A stretch of DNA of 64,000 bases. Origin: the human T2T-CHM13v2.0 reference genome, Homo sapiens. Location: the NCBI RefSeq assembly GCF_009914755.1, contig NC_060929.1, one strand, 5' to 3'. Below are positions 13,474 through 27,167 of this stretch, piece by piece. A program made the translations under genes and the position numbers. How positions within the stretch are numbered: position 1 is the first letter of the stretch; every line of letters begins with the position of its first letter. Below the pieces are notes generated by a model. The model ran no database searches. It was not told the DNA's origin and worked only from the letters and a program-made list of their open reading frames with translations.

Positions 13474-14849
13474 CATGTATTAAAAGAAGTGAACAATATA
13501 AGGGTTAGGAAAGGAAAAAAAATAAAAGACCTAGAGGGAGGGGTAGAAAACAAGGCCTTCATACTTTTTTTAATTAGCAAAAATGTATAAACAACAAAGT
13601 ATGTGTCATACTGCTTCATAATAAAAAAGCAATGTGCCAATGGATCTGATTCATGTTTCCATATTTTCTTATTTCTCCACCTATTCAGTACATATTTTTG
13701 AACATCTATAAGTACCAGGCTTGAGTGATACTGGGCCCTAAGACAATTATAATAATAATGCCTACAACAACACACCAATAATAATAATTACAGCTATGTA
13801 AGTATTCTATCTTCAAGGAATTTAGATAGACAAGCCATATAGCCACATACATAAAACTATCTTTGTCTCCCATAAACTTGGCAATTAGTGTTATAGTATC
13901 TGGTAATTAGGAACTTAAGGTAAGTTTCATGTTTATTGAATGAGTTGGACTCAGAAAGGTCAAAATTATGGGAAACTTTTACTTGTTTCTACTCCAGGGT
14001 CTTCAAATAAGCTCCAGTGAAACATTTTTCTTGTCTTTGCATTAATATTTCAGCAGATCAAATGAATCTTATTTGTGGAATTCCAAAGTTTCCCATTGTC
14101 AAAACTTCATTTTCATTTTTTCCTTTTTTTTTTTCTTGGCAAATTAGGCCTATTGGAAGCCAGCTTTGGGAAAGGAGGAAGAACACGATTTACTTCTGCA
14201 GTCTTCCTCACTCCACCAAACACCCTTTCTCCTCCCCTAGTAAGTGACATCTGCTTCCAGTCCCTCCAAACTTGGGCCTGGAGTGGCCTGGAGTGGCTGG
14301 TGGATTGAAGAAAAAAGGCCAAGTTTGACGGGAGCATATAATCGTAATTTTAATTGATGCTCTCCAATGCAACTAACACAGAGTCCAAGGAATGCGTCTC
14401 TCAGCAGGCTCCTGGGAGATACCCCACTAGGCATTTTGGCTCATTCTCTGGGCCAGGCAAGGCTTCATTTTGTTAGCATTTGCTTTAATGAGTTTCACTC
14501 ACATAGTCTCTCTATCTGTGGACATTCTTAGTAAATAAAATCTCTTGAAAACAGCTGATGGACAGCTCCATTTTAGAAGACTAGCACCTGGCTCTTAGGC
14601 AGTGGCAGTGCCTTTATCTTGCAGTTAGTGGTCATAGAGCTGCCTTCTGCTACACCTTTCCCTCCTCTCCCTCTCTAGGCCCCCTTTTCTGGTCCTCTCA
14701 CCTTTAACATTTTTCAGGTGTGGTTTAAGTACTGAACTCTCTGAACTTCAAGCTCCTCAATATACCAGTCATCTTTCCTAAGCTTCCCAAAGCCTTTCAT
14801 TTGGCTTGAGGGACATGGGGAGACAAAGACAAGAGCTGGCACGTGGCAC

Positions 14850-14994
14850 CAATGGGCTCTGACCTGGCCGCATATGGGAATCCCCTGGGAGCCTCAAAAA
14901 CTCCCAATGTCTGTGCCCCATGCCCAGAACTGGGATGTCATGTTTAGGGTGTGGACGGGGCATCTTGAATGATTCTACTGTCTAGTCAAAGTTA
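14850..14994. mobile_element. MER5B lacking its distal TIR; includes the right arm (14911-14994) of the inverted duplication
   Basis: caatgggctctgacctggccgcatatgggaatcccctgggagc resembles the MER5B start; similarity stops at gtcaaagtta, before the expected gagaaccactg. Confidence 0.8.
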
Positions 14995-16012
14995 CTACAG
15001 TTTTATTTGCAAGCTACTGCAGATCTGAAGTCATTATATAAAAATTACCAGTTAAAATTAACTAATCTTCCTTTGACAATTTCAAGATGTTTCTGTTACA
15101 TTCTTAGCTCCTCAGGGAGTTTTCATTCATGTTTACCTTTATGCCTGTAAAGTGCAATTACTTTCAGCACTAGACATGGAGAGAAAATCATCGAGTCTAG
15201 TGTATCTTTATTTTCTATGTGATGAAACTAACAAGTGTTCTCTGTAAGAAAAAATTAGTTTTGAGAATAGGTAAAATAGAGTGCTGAACGTCCTTTCAAT
15301 GAAACGCTGAAGCACCCTATGGGATGTGGAACTGTCTGGTTAGGCTATTTAAAAAAACTGTAAAAATACAAATAAATTTACAGAAAATAGATAGTAATGC
15401 AAATATTTCTTGTCCATAGAAATGCAAATTATTTATGGTTGGTAGAATACTCTTGATTATTTCCCTGTGGAAAGACTTGATTTTCAAATTCATTTGAACA
15501 CTGCTTTACTGCATATAAATGTATGCATCTTTGCTTTCTCTTTTATATCAGTTGTAACATCTTACTGGTTCCCTCTTCTATATTAAGATAAATCAAATCT
15601 TTAACACATATACTTTTTAGCTTCACATTAAAGTCACAATGTTACCTTTTTGTTAAAACTGCCCCTTTTATATCTTTCAGATACATTTTTCTATATAGTA
15701 TGAAAGTAAGTATGTATTGCTAATAATATATATATGCTGATACACTGCTATTTTTAAAAGATTTTTCACGTTTCACTGCTCCTTAAAAATGCTTATAAAA
15801 TTAGTATTTTATAGTGTTATTTTATTATTAATCACAGCACACTGAAAATCCAGTTTATTTTATCCAGTTTCCAATATGCATTTAAGTGTGTGTTGTAATT
15901 AAAATAATTTCAATTTCTCAGTAAGATAATTCCTATTCAGATGTTACAATTAGGTTCTTCTATTCCAAAGCATATTTTTGTCTAAAAATCCTTTTTTTTT
16001 CAGCAAAGCATT

Positions 16013-16385
16013 TGTATTGGTCCATTCTCATGCTGCTAATAAAGACATACCCGAGGCTGGGTAATTTATAAAGGAAAAAGGTTTAATTGACTCACAGTTC
16101 AGCACAGCTGGGGAGTCCTCAGGAAATTTACAATCATGGCAGAAGGCGAAGGGGAAGCAAGGCACCTTCTTCACAAGGTGCCAGGAAGGAGAAGTGCAAG
16201 CAGAGGAAATGGCCGAGGCCTACAAAACCATCAGCTCTCTGAGACTCACTCATTATCACAAGAACAGCATGGGGTAAACTTCCCCCATGATTCAATTACC
16301 TCCACTTGGTCCCACTCTTGACACATGGTGATTATGGAGATTATAATTCAAGTTGAGTTTTGGGCGGGAACACAGAATGATATCA
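16013..16385 (-). mobile_element. THE1C/D solo LTR (MaLR)
   Basis: tgtattggtccattctcatgctgctaataaagacatacccg...atgattcaattacctcc...gatatca. Confidence 0.92.
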
Positions 16386-17208
16386 TTTGAAAACATTTTT
16401 GGTATAAATTATACCATCATATTGTCATATATCTAAATTCAGATGGGAAATGCATAATTACTCAAATTAAAATTGTATAAATTTAATTCTTGTTATTTCC
16501 TTATTATCAATATCTCTAATGTATATTCTATATACTTTTCAGTTTTACAAAGTCATATTGACAGAGACACATCTAAATTAGATGCTTGAAAAGTAAAATT
16601 TTCAACTTGTTGCCTACAAGTAATGCAAATTTCACTTGATTGCTCCTTTTAAATGTCAAATTTGACTAAAATACCATTAAACCAATATGATAACTGATAT
16701 AAATACAGATGGACTGATAATAACTGCAATGTCTCAAAGTATTTACAAATTTTAAAAAATGCTGTTGTCTAGTCAAAGCTCATTTAATTTCAAATGTAGG
16801 GATGATTTTATTTTAAGTGGCTTTCATTTACAAAATAACAATGTTTTACACAACTGAGCCATTTTCCTCATTCAGTTCTCTCTTGTTATTGCTTATGCAG
16901 AAATATTTGATCAAATTTACTTATTTTATTGTATTATAAAATATTATGTACCAAAACTCAAAGATTCAAATAGATAATTTAGTTGTAACCCTATTTTTTT
17001 TTCCTTTACCCTTTAGGAAATTTAAACATGTTTTTATCGGACACAAAACCCAACATGTTAACGTTTCAATTCCACTTATGAAATGCCATTATTTCATAAG
17101 CTGCCTATTCACCCTCCACTTCTTTCATGCAAATTCTTCTTCCTTTCTCTCAAAAACGTTATTTCCTTTGCACAGTCTGTCATTTTCGCAGGCCAACCCC
17201 TAGCCACG

Positions 17209-17240
17209 TGCAGTATTTATTCTGACCATTAGATGTCACC
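17209..17240 (+). promoter_or_regulatory. Candidate CTCF site with upstream (ZF9-11) motif
   Basis: TGCAGTATT-tattc-TGACCATTAGATGTCACC versus TGCAGTACC-N5-TGGCCACYAGRKGGCRC; motif match only. Confidence 0.5.
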
Positions 17241-17709
17241 AATCTCTTTGTAAGAGCAGCTGTAGATAGACTTGATTCCCGGAGAAACGGACTGATAAAT
17301 ACATAATTTATTAAATCTAAAAGTCAACAATATCTGTGAAGAATCATTTAGATGCATTAAAAAATTAATTAATATTGTAGTTACTATTTAAAGATCATGA
17401 TAAGCCTGCCGCATGAGGATTCAGCATTGACAGACCTTCTCATTGTCAGAGTTTGACAGAGTTCTAATGTCAGTGATGCTAAATGACCTCCCTTCAAATA
17501 TTTAAGAAAAGAAAAAATTTCTATAGCTACCACTCTCTTGATGTTTCCAGTGATAATATTAAGAAAAATATCTTCATGCCTATTTTGTAAGAAATAAATG
17601 AGAAAATAATGAATATAAATTACTCATTTTACTTTGTTTCTTATTTCATTTTTAGTAATATTAGGACATATATTATTTTAAACCTATAATTATGGATAGA
17701 GATAAAAGA

Positions 17710-17875
17710 CATTCATTCATTCACCCATTCAGTCTCTAATTTATTCGTTGCTACAACAAATATTTATAGAGACCAACAATGCCCAGGTACTGTTTCAGAA
17801 AATTGGGATACATCCATGAATAAAGCAAAGCAGACAGATACCCCAACCTTGATGAGACATCATGTGAGCAGACAT
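17710..17875 (-). mobile_element. L2 3' end
   Basis: cattcattcattca...caacaaatatttat...gcccaggtactgtt...gggatacatccatgaataaagca. Confidence 0.75.
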
Positions 17876-18004
17876 GTAATGTAAAACACTTTACCAATTA
17901 CAATAAATGGAAGGACTTGGACAGAAAAAAGTGGCTTGCCTATAAAGTCAGATATCTTGGCTCTATCAGAAGCCTCAGATGAATGTAAGTTACTTTGAAT
18001 GACT

Positions 18005-18277
18005 CTGGAACATCATTCTCAGCAAACTAACACAAGAATAGAAAACCAAACAATGCATGCTCTCACTGATAAGTGGGAGTTGAACAATGAGAATCCATGG
18101 ACAAAGGGAGAGGGAACATCACACACCGGGGCCTGTCAGGGTGTGGGGGCCAGGGGAGGGAAAGCATTAGGATAAATACCTAATGTATATGATGGGTTGA
18201 TGGGTGCAGCAAACCACCATGGCACATGTATACCTATGTAACCTGCACATTCTGCACATGTACCCCAGAACTTAAAG

Positions 18278-18319
<42 letters not shown>
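18005..18319 (+). mobile_element. L1PA7/8-like 3' end with (AAT)13 tail
   Basis: catcattctcagcaaactaacac...gggtgcagcaaaccaccatggcacatgtatacc...agaacttaaagtataat; tail 18281-18319. Confidence 0.95.
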
Positions 18320-20568
18320 CTTCAAAGCCAATATAGCCATTTTGTGACTTGGCTTAAGAAACTATTCAGAGAAACAACGTAACATCTTAGGATGCTGTTG
18401 TCACAAAATTGAGGTTGTTCACTGCATTCACTCCCACAATTTTATTTCATTTTTCTGAACCTTCAACAACCCAAAAACATTTAGGAAAGTAACTGAGTGA
18501 AACAGGAATAGTAGTGAGGCAAAGAAAGAAGAATCATGAATGTTTAGATAGTCAAATCTGCTTCAGTAAAAGAAAACCTCCTCTGCAGCAGATGCTTGGA
18601 AACCACAGATTTTTTCTTAATTCTACATCTGCTGCTCACATTTTAGGAAGCAGTTACATACAGAAAAACCTTTTCCTCTAAAGCATTAAAATTGTCATCT
18701 CTCTTCTGTCTCTGTCCTTGAGGGACATAAGATTGATCAATGCATTTGTTGAGGACTTTGTTCTTAGGAAATGTGAGGATAAATAAAAGAAATAAAAAAG
18801 ACACAAGTCATGATGTTGCCCCACATATTAGAAGCACAGAATTATATGGCTATGAGTGGCATGATCCTAAATTTTTTTAAGCCTTAAAATCATAAATGAG
18901 GTCAATGTATTTATGCTTAGCCTTATCTATATACTTGTCATAGTGTCAAGATATGTTTAGCAAGGATGGTCCTGCATCTTCTCCATCTGGTCCTGAAACT
19001 AATCTGTTTAGCTTATTCCTACAAGGAAGTAGATTTGTTCTTTTTTTGAATTTGACTTAGTTCCTTTTAAAACAATTTTTTTCTGTCTTCCTTTATTTGC
19101 TACTGATGGTTGCTCTATTCTTTCTAACCCAAACTATATAGGGCTTGAGTCAAATGTTAGAGACCATTACCATCCCATCTGTATAACTCCTTTTTGAATT
19201 CATGAAAGCAACTTCTGTGAGTCACAGCAACGTTTACTGGAGTCAGTCCAATGATCAGATGAAAAAGAAAGACAATCCTTTCTGTTCTCATGCCTTTTTC
19301 TCTCTTAGATATGATGGGGAAGAATCTGACACTACAAATTTCCTTCCATGCAGTATGAACTGAAGTTCTGTCTATTTGTGCATTCTACTGACTTGAAAAT
19401 GAACAAAGTCTATCTCAGAAACCTTGGGGCCATCAGGAGAGACATGGAAGACTGTTCAAAACGTTTTTCTGTGTTAAACTGCTGGCCTTCCCCTCCTTTG
19501 TCATCGGCTAATTTTAACATGTCCATTTCTTTGCATTGCCTCAAACTGGCTAACTCACTGTCAAAGCTTCAAATTGTTTCTTAACATAAAAATCCACACA
19601 TCTTTTCATACAATGAATACCTGCTTGACTGGTTATAGTAACTTCTTTTACCATGGGGGTGTCCAACATTGACAGCTTTGTCAAATAAGGTAGAAACGTC
19701 TCTGTGATTTCCACTCCCTGAGTAACCACTGATTTACTACATTTGGTATCATTTGCCCATAGTTCTGAAATAGCTTACACAAATACTAGTGTAAATATAA
19801 TCCTCAAACTGAAAACTCTTTAGAAGAATGTATTTGTTTATTTCTCTCTTTATACACAGGAACATATTTATAAAAGATTATCATAGAATTTCAGAGTACA
19901 GGATCATATAAAAAAGCATCTAAGAACCAGTGAATATGTGTTTGCTACAAGAGGACTGTTAGGAAAAAATGAGAAATCTCATTTAGAATAAATTCAGATG
20001 AGCCTTGCTTCTTAATGGCTAAAATTATTTCCTTTACAAAAACGCTGAATTATGGGTCATCAAACCTACATCTGCTTACCAAAAAAGATTATTGAACATG
20101 CAATAAATATGCTGGCCTCTGAACTTTCTCATAATATGTAGTCAAGAATTCTTGATTATACACAAGGTCAATTCTCTCTTGCAAGAAAGTGCTCAGGTAA
20201 AGGTAGATGATACGAACATAATTCAAATTGAATAATATCATCTACAAGGCTCATACAGACATACATATGTAGACAGAAATATGGTTTACTAGAAAAAATA
20301 AATCTTTCTTTGCATGCAGAACAGTTACCTGCAATTCACCCTATTCCCTTATTTTTCTTTTTTAAAGATCCACTTATGGGCTTCCAGAGAGACTAAGATA
20401 TAGAAAAGATTGCTTGGATTTCTCTATCAGGATAATATTACCTTTCTCTCTGCCAATACAAGGTTGATAATTATCTCTCCAATATCTTGTCTACATCATA
20501 CTCCTCTTTTTAAGTTGAATCAGGCTAATAATAAATACAAGAATAAAAAGAAAGATGTGTGTATGTGT

Positions 20569-20616
20569 ATCTATATCTATATCTATATCTATATCTATAT
20601 CTATATCTATATCTAT
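20569..20616. repeat. (ATCTAT)8 hexanucleotide repeat
   Basis: Direct reading. Confidence 0.95.
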
Positions 20617-21781
20617 ATATGGAGAGAAGGAGAGAGGAGCACGCACCCACGTACACACTCTCCAAGAGGTCAATTTAAACACATATTTAAGCAAAGACTG
20701 TGTTTTATAATTTCAACATTGCCACTTTAATATTTTTCTTGTTGTTTTAATGCAATAAAGTTTTAACTTCCTATCTATACTATAATGGTGGTGAATAATA
20801 ATACAGCTAAGTTACGTTATGTGAATTAAGAAATTTTGAGATTAGAAAGGACATTCCAAGTAATCAAATTCAAATTTCTATTCAATGCAAAAATCTTTTA
20901 AAAAAGATTTTGAGAAGCAATCTCCAACATTTGTATAAACACATGAACAAGTTACCCTGTCTCTCGTGTGTGGGTGTGTGTGTATACAATTACAAATATA
21001 TAATTAACTTTTATTGAACCCTTGTAAATGTTAGTTTTTAATTACACTGACCTGAGATCTTTCCCATATTTACAACTCCATCCCTACCACATCTCAGCTA
21101 GTTTTCTCTATGTTTTCCTAGTATACCTTGCTTTGTTTCTCAAAGCAAAACTAAATAGTATAATGTTCCTTCCAACCCTTCAAATACCTCAGGGTATCTG
21201 TTATGTTTCTTTATGCTCCCCATGTCTTCTATGAGCTGGATTGTTTCTGATTCCCGCAGTGATTCCAGAGAAAATACAGCAGTCTTTCTAGCATATCCAT
21301 GCCTATAAATCTTCAATTAAAACTTGATAATTCTATTATTTTTAATAAGTTTTGGGTGTGCTTCAAAGAGGGATAGGTAACTCATATGGATCTTGGTATA
21401 ATTTTTAACCATTACAATGTTTTTGTTTTCTATGAAAGCATTTCTCACAGTCTTGGGTTGGACTTTAGATCCGTTTTTTAAAATCGCCATTGACAGGAAT
21501 AAATCAAAATTTCTCTTTTGCAAATTGAAGACATAGGGTAAATTATTGGAACATGCAGATATACTACTAGCACTTATGTTATATTGGATGCATACTGTCT
21601 TCATAGTGGAGAAAATTAAGAGCTGTGGATTGTCAGAGAAGAATTACTAAACTGTCTCCTTCCTCTAGGTACTAATTTAGTTTTTCCACTTGAAGTCATC
21701 AGTGCTCAAACTGTAACAACACCACTAATGCAATTGCTGACTCAAACTTGGAAATAGAAAAACTAAAAGTAGTTATAATTA

Positions 21782-22189
<408 letters not shown>

Positions 22190-24931
22190 TTACTAGCTTT
22201 GCACTTATCTTCAGTCCTGTCTAAGTTCTAGTAAGTCTCAAAACTTACACTGGTGAAATGATGTTGACTTGTCCCACTGTTGTTGTTAAGGTTATTTCAG
22301 AAATCTGAAAGACAGCTTATTTTAATGTCATACTACTGTTGGACAATGTAAGAATCTACTGACTTTCTCTTTTGTGGCTTACGGTTGAGGTGATGTGAAA
22401 ATTTTGCTTAGAACACTTACTATCTACAATTATTCAAATGTGGCCACTTTTTATGTAGAATTTACTGAGGCTATCCTCAGAATTTTCCATTGATACTAGA
22501 AATAACTATATTATTTGAGATACTCTATTAGACCAATGATATGGTCATCTGTATCCAACATATAGCATATGCCAGTATATATCTTCCTGGAGAATGCGAC
22601 ATATTTAATTTGATCCAGAATTCAGATATCATTTTTTTCTGCATTTCAAAACTGAAAACAAAGCACAAACAACAAAACAAAGAGGAAAAGTTAAAACAAA
22701 AAGAAAAAAATTCCCAGCTACAGCGTTACTACAGCAGCAAAGATGGGAAGATCAAATTCTGAATATTCCTGAGGCTAGATCCACATTGCTTTATTCTATG
22801 TGGAATCTTCCTACAAATCACAATCCATTTTTACAGGCTTTTCCCTTGTGAAAAGAAGACAGTTTGAAAAACATCATGAATATATGCAACAGTGGCTCTA
22901 AAGGAAACTGCTTTTCAAGTCCTCCCTCAAACACTGCATTTCTGAAATATTTGACTAAGTGGACCCTTCATCATTTAAGTCAATGAATAGAAAATGAGAT
23001 AAACCTCTAATTATAACTGACACAAACATATCCACGTGATGTGACTTGTGTCTATCCTATTGACTCTTGTATTCAGGCTCTGAATACCTTTTCATCAAAA
23101 TCCCTAGAATGTTTCTTTGATAATGTGTTACCTATGTTTGAAATTAAAAGATGTTACATTTTCATAGAAGCCACTATTAAAATATATTATATTAATGGAA
23201 GTAACACTATCAGTTATAAGAAGTATTTTCACTTATTTATTCATTGTAACTAATTTGGTTATTTTTCATTTTGCTCTTTCTGTGCATATATTTACAGTCT
23301 TTAGGCTCAAGTTTAGACATAAGAACTGTATCCATAATTTATGTTAGATATATGCAATAATTGATGCATTTTATATTACGGGACATTGTTCCTTAATAGA
23401 ATGTTTAATTAATAAGAGTGAGTATATGCACATACCATGCCTCATAACAGTGGGCAAAACAAGCTAGGAGCTGGGCACAGGACAATTGAAAGCATGCTGT
23501 TATATCCTACTGACTTTCTATTTAATTTTCTTGGATATGAATTATGACTCCAATAACATGCTTTTGATAAAAAAAAAAAGAAATGATTTCTGGCATCTTG
23601 TGGGGGAGGATCTGAAGAAGTTTTAAATTATATTTTGTCATGAAAATACACATCTTGTCATCTTTCTTTAGATGTTAGAATCTTTCATCTCGCTTGAAAG
23701 TTCAGATTGATCTGTAACCTTTTTTGAAAAAAAAAATCACGTCAGACACTTTGATGTGTTGTGCATATTTTTGCTCAGGAAGCTATAGGTTTTCGGGCAG
23801 ACCATAACTGAGAAATGCAGTTGAATTTTATAAACTATCCACTGACCTTGGGATAGTGTTGCAGTGCCCTGGGAATCAGACTGTCCTAGTTTGGGCTGCC
23901 CTGAGCAATTCAATGACATAATTATTGACTTGGCTTAAATTCTGCAGATGAGGTTTACACAAACAAGATGACCTTCCCCATTTCCTAGACATTGGTGGAC
24001 ATTTTCTGGAGGTAACTTGACTTGGCTAGAACCAGTAAATATCTTAATTTAGTTCCTGTCTCTCTTTGTCTTTCTTCTATATATCTATCTATCTCTACCT
24101 CTCTCTTGGTTTTACTTATATAAAAATATCTTTAGGGCAACACCACCAGTTTCACTGGTACCTATGAATGTGCCAGCCTTATGGCTTGAGAAAGAGTGGA
24201 ATAAACTCTTGAGAACAGGACTATAAACATAAAGCACTTTATTAATTCCCCAAATTAAGTACCCTCCATAAAAGCAAGATTTAATATCTCTTGTTCTATG
24301 GAGGAGGAAGGAGGAAAGAAAAAGACTTGCTCGAATGATGTCTTTGAAGAAGAAAAAATAGAGATTAATATATGAGTGAAGGGGTTGACTTTCAGCTGTA
24401 GGAGCGGGAGTGAAGGCCGAGTGCATGCAGGTAGAACTGTGTACAACAATAGAGGTGATGGTAGAATGTTCTCTCCTGGTTGCTGTTGTTTTCACTATAA
24501 AAAATGAAGTAGGATATTAGTTGAGAGAAAACATGGAGGAGGAGTTGGTGAAGGTTTGAGGAAACAGCATATGAGAAAAGGAACGTTTTTAAGATTTTCT
24601 AGGCCAGCAGTTGACTAAATGAATGAGGGAAATTTCTTGGGATAACCAAGCAGCATATGGGACCACTTGGAGTTTGTGGTCATAGCAAACAAGTCAGCAT
24701 GGCTGTGTATTTCCGTCAGCCACAGTACACTGTCGTAATGGCAGATGTGGAGTAAGTAGAGAGGCAGAGTTAGCCAGGGCTGGTGTATTATCAAGTAATT
24801 AAGGAGCAAAATTTAAAATTATATGCAAGAGAGTGAAATAACAATTAACCATGACATTTAAGATGGGTAAGGAGGAATAGAAGATGGGTAAGATGGAAGA
24901 GATTAAAAGTGAAAAATATTATAATAAATCA

Positions 24932-25237
24932 GGCCGGGCGCGGTGGCTCACGCCTGTAATCCTAACACTTTGGGAGGCCCAGGTCGGCAGATCGCTTGAG
25001 CTTGAGTTTGAGAACAGCCTGGGCAACATGGTAAAACCCTGTCTCTACTAAAAATAAAAAAAAAAAATTAGCTGAGTATGATGATGGCGTGTGACTGTAG
25101 TCCCAGCTACTCAGGAAGCTGAGGCACAAGAATCACTTGAACCCGGGAGGCGGAAGTTGCAGTGACCCAAGATTGTGCCACTGCACTCCAGCCTGGGTGA
25201 CAGAGGAAGACTCTGCTCAAAAAAACAAGAAAGAAAG
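24932..25237 (+). mobile_element. AluS (Sz/Sx-like)
   Basis: Full dimer; TSD aaaaatattataataaat / aaaagtattataataaat. Confidence 0.95.
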
Positions 25238-25416
25238 AAAAGTATTATAATAAATTCATAATAGTGTTTAGTGTGTGGGGGAAGGAGTAAATTATTAAAT
25301 TATTAGAATCTGATTACTAGAGGGAAAGAACTGGAAAGACTGTGGTCAGGGATTCAGATGCTTGCAATTGAGATTTCAGAGTCTGGTTATTGGTAGTAAG
25401 AATGATGGTGAAAACA

Positions 25417-25712
25417 GGCCTGGTGCGGTGGCTCACGTCTGTAATCCCAGCACTTTGGGAGGCCGAGGCAAGCGGATCGTGAGGTCAGGTGATCGAGACC
25501 ATCCTGGCTAACACGGTGAAACCCCGTCTCTACTAAAAATACAAAAAAAAATTAGCTGGGCTTGGTAGCTGGCGCCTGCAGTCCCAGCTACTCAGGAGGC
25601 TGAGGCAGGAGAATGGCGTGAACCCGGGAGGTGGAGCTTGCAATGAGCCCAGATCTCGCCACTGTGCTCCAGCCTGGGAGACAGAGCGAGACTCTTCCTA
25701 AAAAAAAAATAA
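25417..25712 (+). mobile_element. AluY
   Basis: atcgagaccatcctggctaacacggtg and gaatggcgtgaacc diagnostics; 19-bp TSD aagaatgatggtgaaaaca at 25398-25416 and 25713-25731. Confidence 0.97.
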
Positions 25713-26769
25713 AAGAATGATGGTGAAAACATTTGACTATGGTAATAAGAACAATGATGAAAACATTTGACTATGACTATGATCATCTGCCATCTTTATA
25801 GATATTGAAACCACCAAGAATCACAACATAGGTTGTTCTGGAGAGAGACCTAGAGCGGGCTTCAAGGTAAAGTTTCCAGTATTTTGAAAGGCTTTAGTGA
25901 GGACAAAAGAAAAATGATCCAGAATAGACAATAAGGAAAATGAAACACACTCATTCTCACCTTCAGTGTTCCTAGCATGGAGTTAGTGGGAGAAAAAATA
26001 GCCACTTTACATTTGGAGGAAAGCAATGTTGTCATGCAAGACTCCAGTGCTGGTTAGAGCAAGAAGATGAATGAGAGAGCAGACATTGAGAACATTCAAC
26101 ATTCAAGATTTTGCTTATGATGTATTGCATGTTCCAAAGCACACTCTAGACAATGTCAGGAGTTGGAAAAGGATGAGCGATGGAAACAGAAAATATGCAG
26201 TGATGTATGAGGATTAGAGTTTATCAGCCATTTGTGTCACTGTTTTTTTAAGTATGCTCGTGTCTTCTAAAAATTCTATCAAGAGTTTTTTTTTAATTTT
26301 GTATTTTTTGTATACTAGTTATTAATTGAGCTTTGCATATTTACTCTTGGCATACATTATTTCCTTGCCAATGAACTGAGTAATGCTATCAGATATTTTA
26401 CCTTTTTAATGTAATTTTACAAGTCTTTTGGCTAATCCCCAAAATGGAAAAATCTACATTCCACTTTGTGTTTTTGGTGATTTGTAACATTTGTAGTATA
26501 AATTACTCTTTCAATTTAACATTCTTTCCTTGAAAGAAGAGCACATATTCTTGGGTCTTTGATCATTCTTGATTTTCCTTCTTCATTCTTTGCTCTTCCA
26601 TAAATGACCATCATACAAGACCACCCAGAATTCACCCTTCCTGCACAGATTTTTGGCATGGAAGAGAGAAAAAGGAGATTTATGGTAATGAGAATACTAT
26701 TAGGAAATCAAGGGGAAGTGGGAGGCCAAATATATATTCAAAATTGGGCTGTAGGAATGTACTCTATAT

Positions 26770-27164
26770 CAGCGGTCCCCAACCTTTTTGGCACCAGGGA
26801 CCAGTTTCATGGAAGACAATTCTTCCATGGATGGTGGGTGGAGGGGGATGGTTCCAGGAAGATTCAAGCACATTACATTTACTGTGCTCTTTATTTCTAT
26901 TATTATTACATTTTAATATATAATGAAATAATTATACAACTCACTGTATAGAATCAGTGGAATCCTAGAGCTTGTTTTCCTGCAACTAGATGGTCCCTTC
27001 TGGGGTGATGGGAGACAGTGACAGATCATCAGGCATTAGATTTTCATAAGGAGTGTACAGCCTAGATCCCTGGCATGCTCAGTCCACAATAGGGTTCATG
27101 CTTCTATGAGAATCTAATGCTACCACTGATCTGACAGGAGGCAGAGCTCAGGTGGTAATGCAAG
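26770..27164 (+). mobile_element. MER1A hAT-Charlie element, right end missing
   Basis: cagcggtccccaacctttttggcaccagggacc...gatctgacaggaggcagagctcaggtggtaatgc; no right TIR. Confidence 0.9.
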
Positions 27165-27167
27165 TTA

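Larger units (their letters stand above)
24450..26220 (-). mobile_element. L2 body (ORF2 endonuclease region), interrupted by two Alus
   Basis: Minus strand of 25801-25824 encodes VILGGFNI, close to the ILGDFNI APE motif; purine-rich plus strand typical of antisense L2; ends approximate. Confidence 0.6.

Noticed and set aside
20410-20730. ORFs with IYIYIY and DIDIDI runs
   Set aside because: Translation of the (ATCTAT)8 microsatellite.
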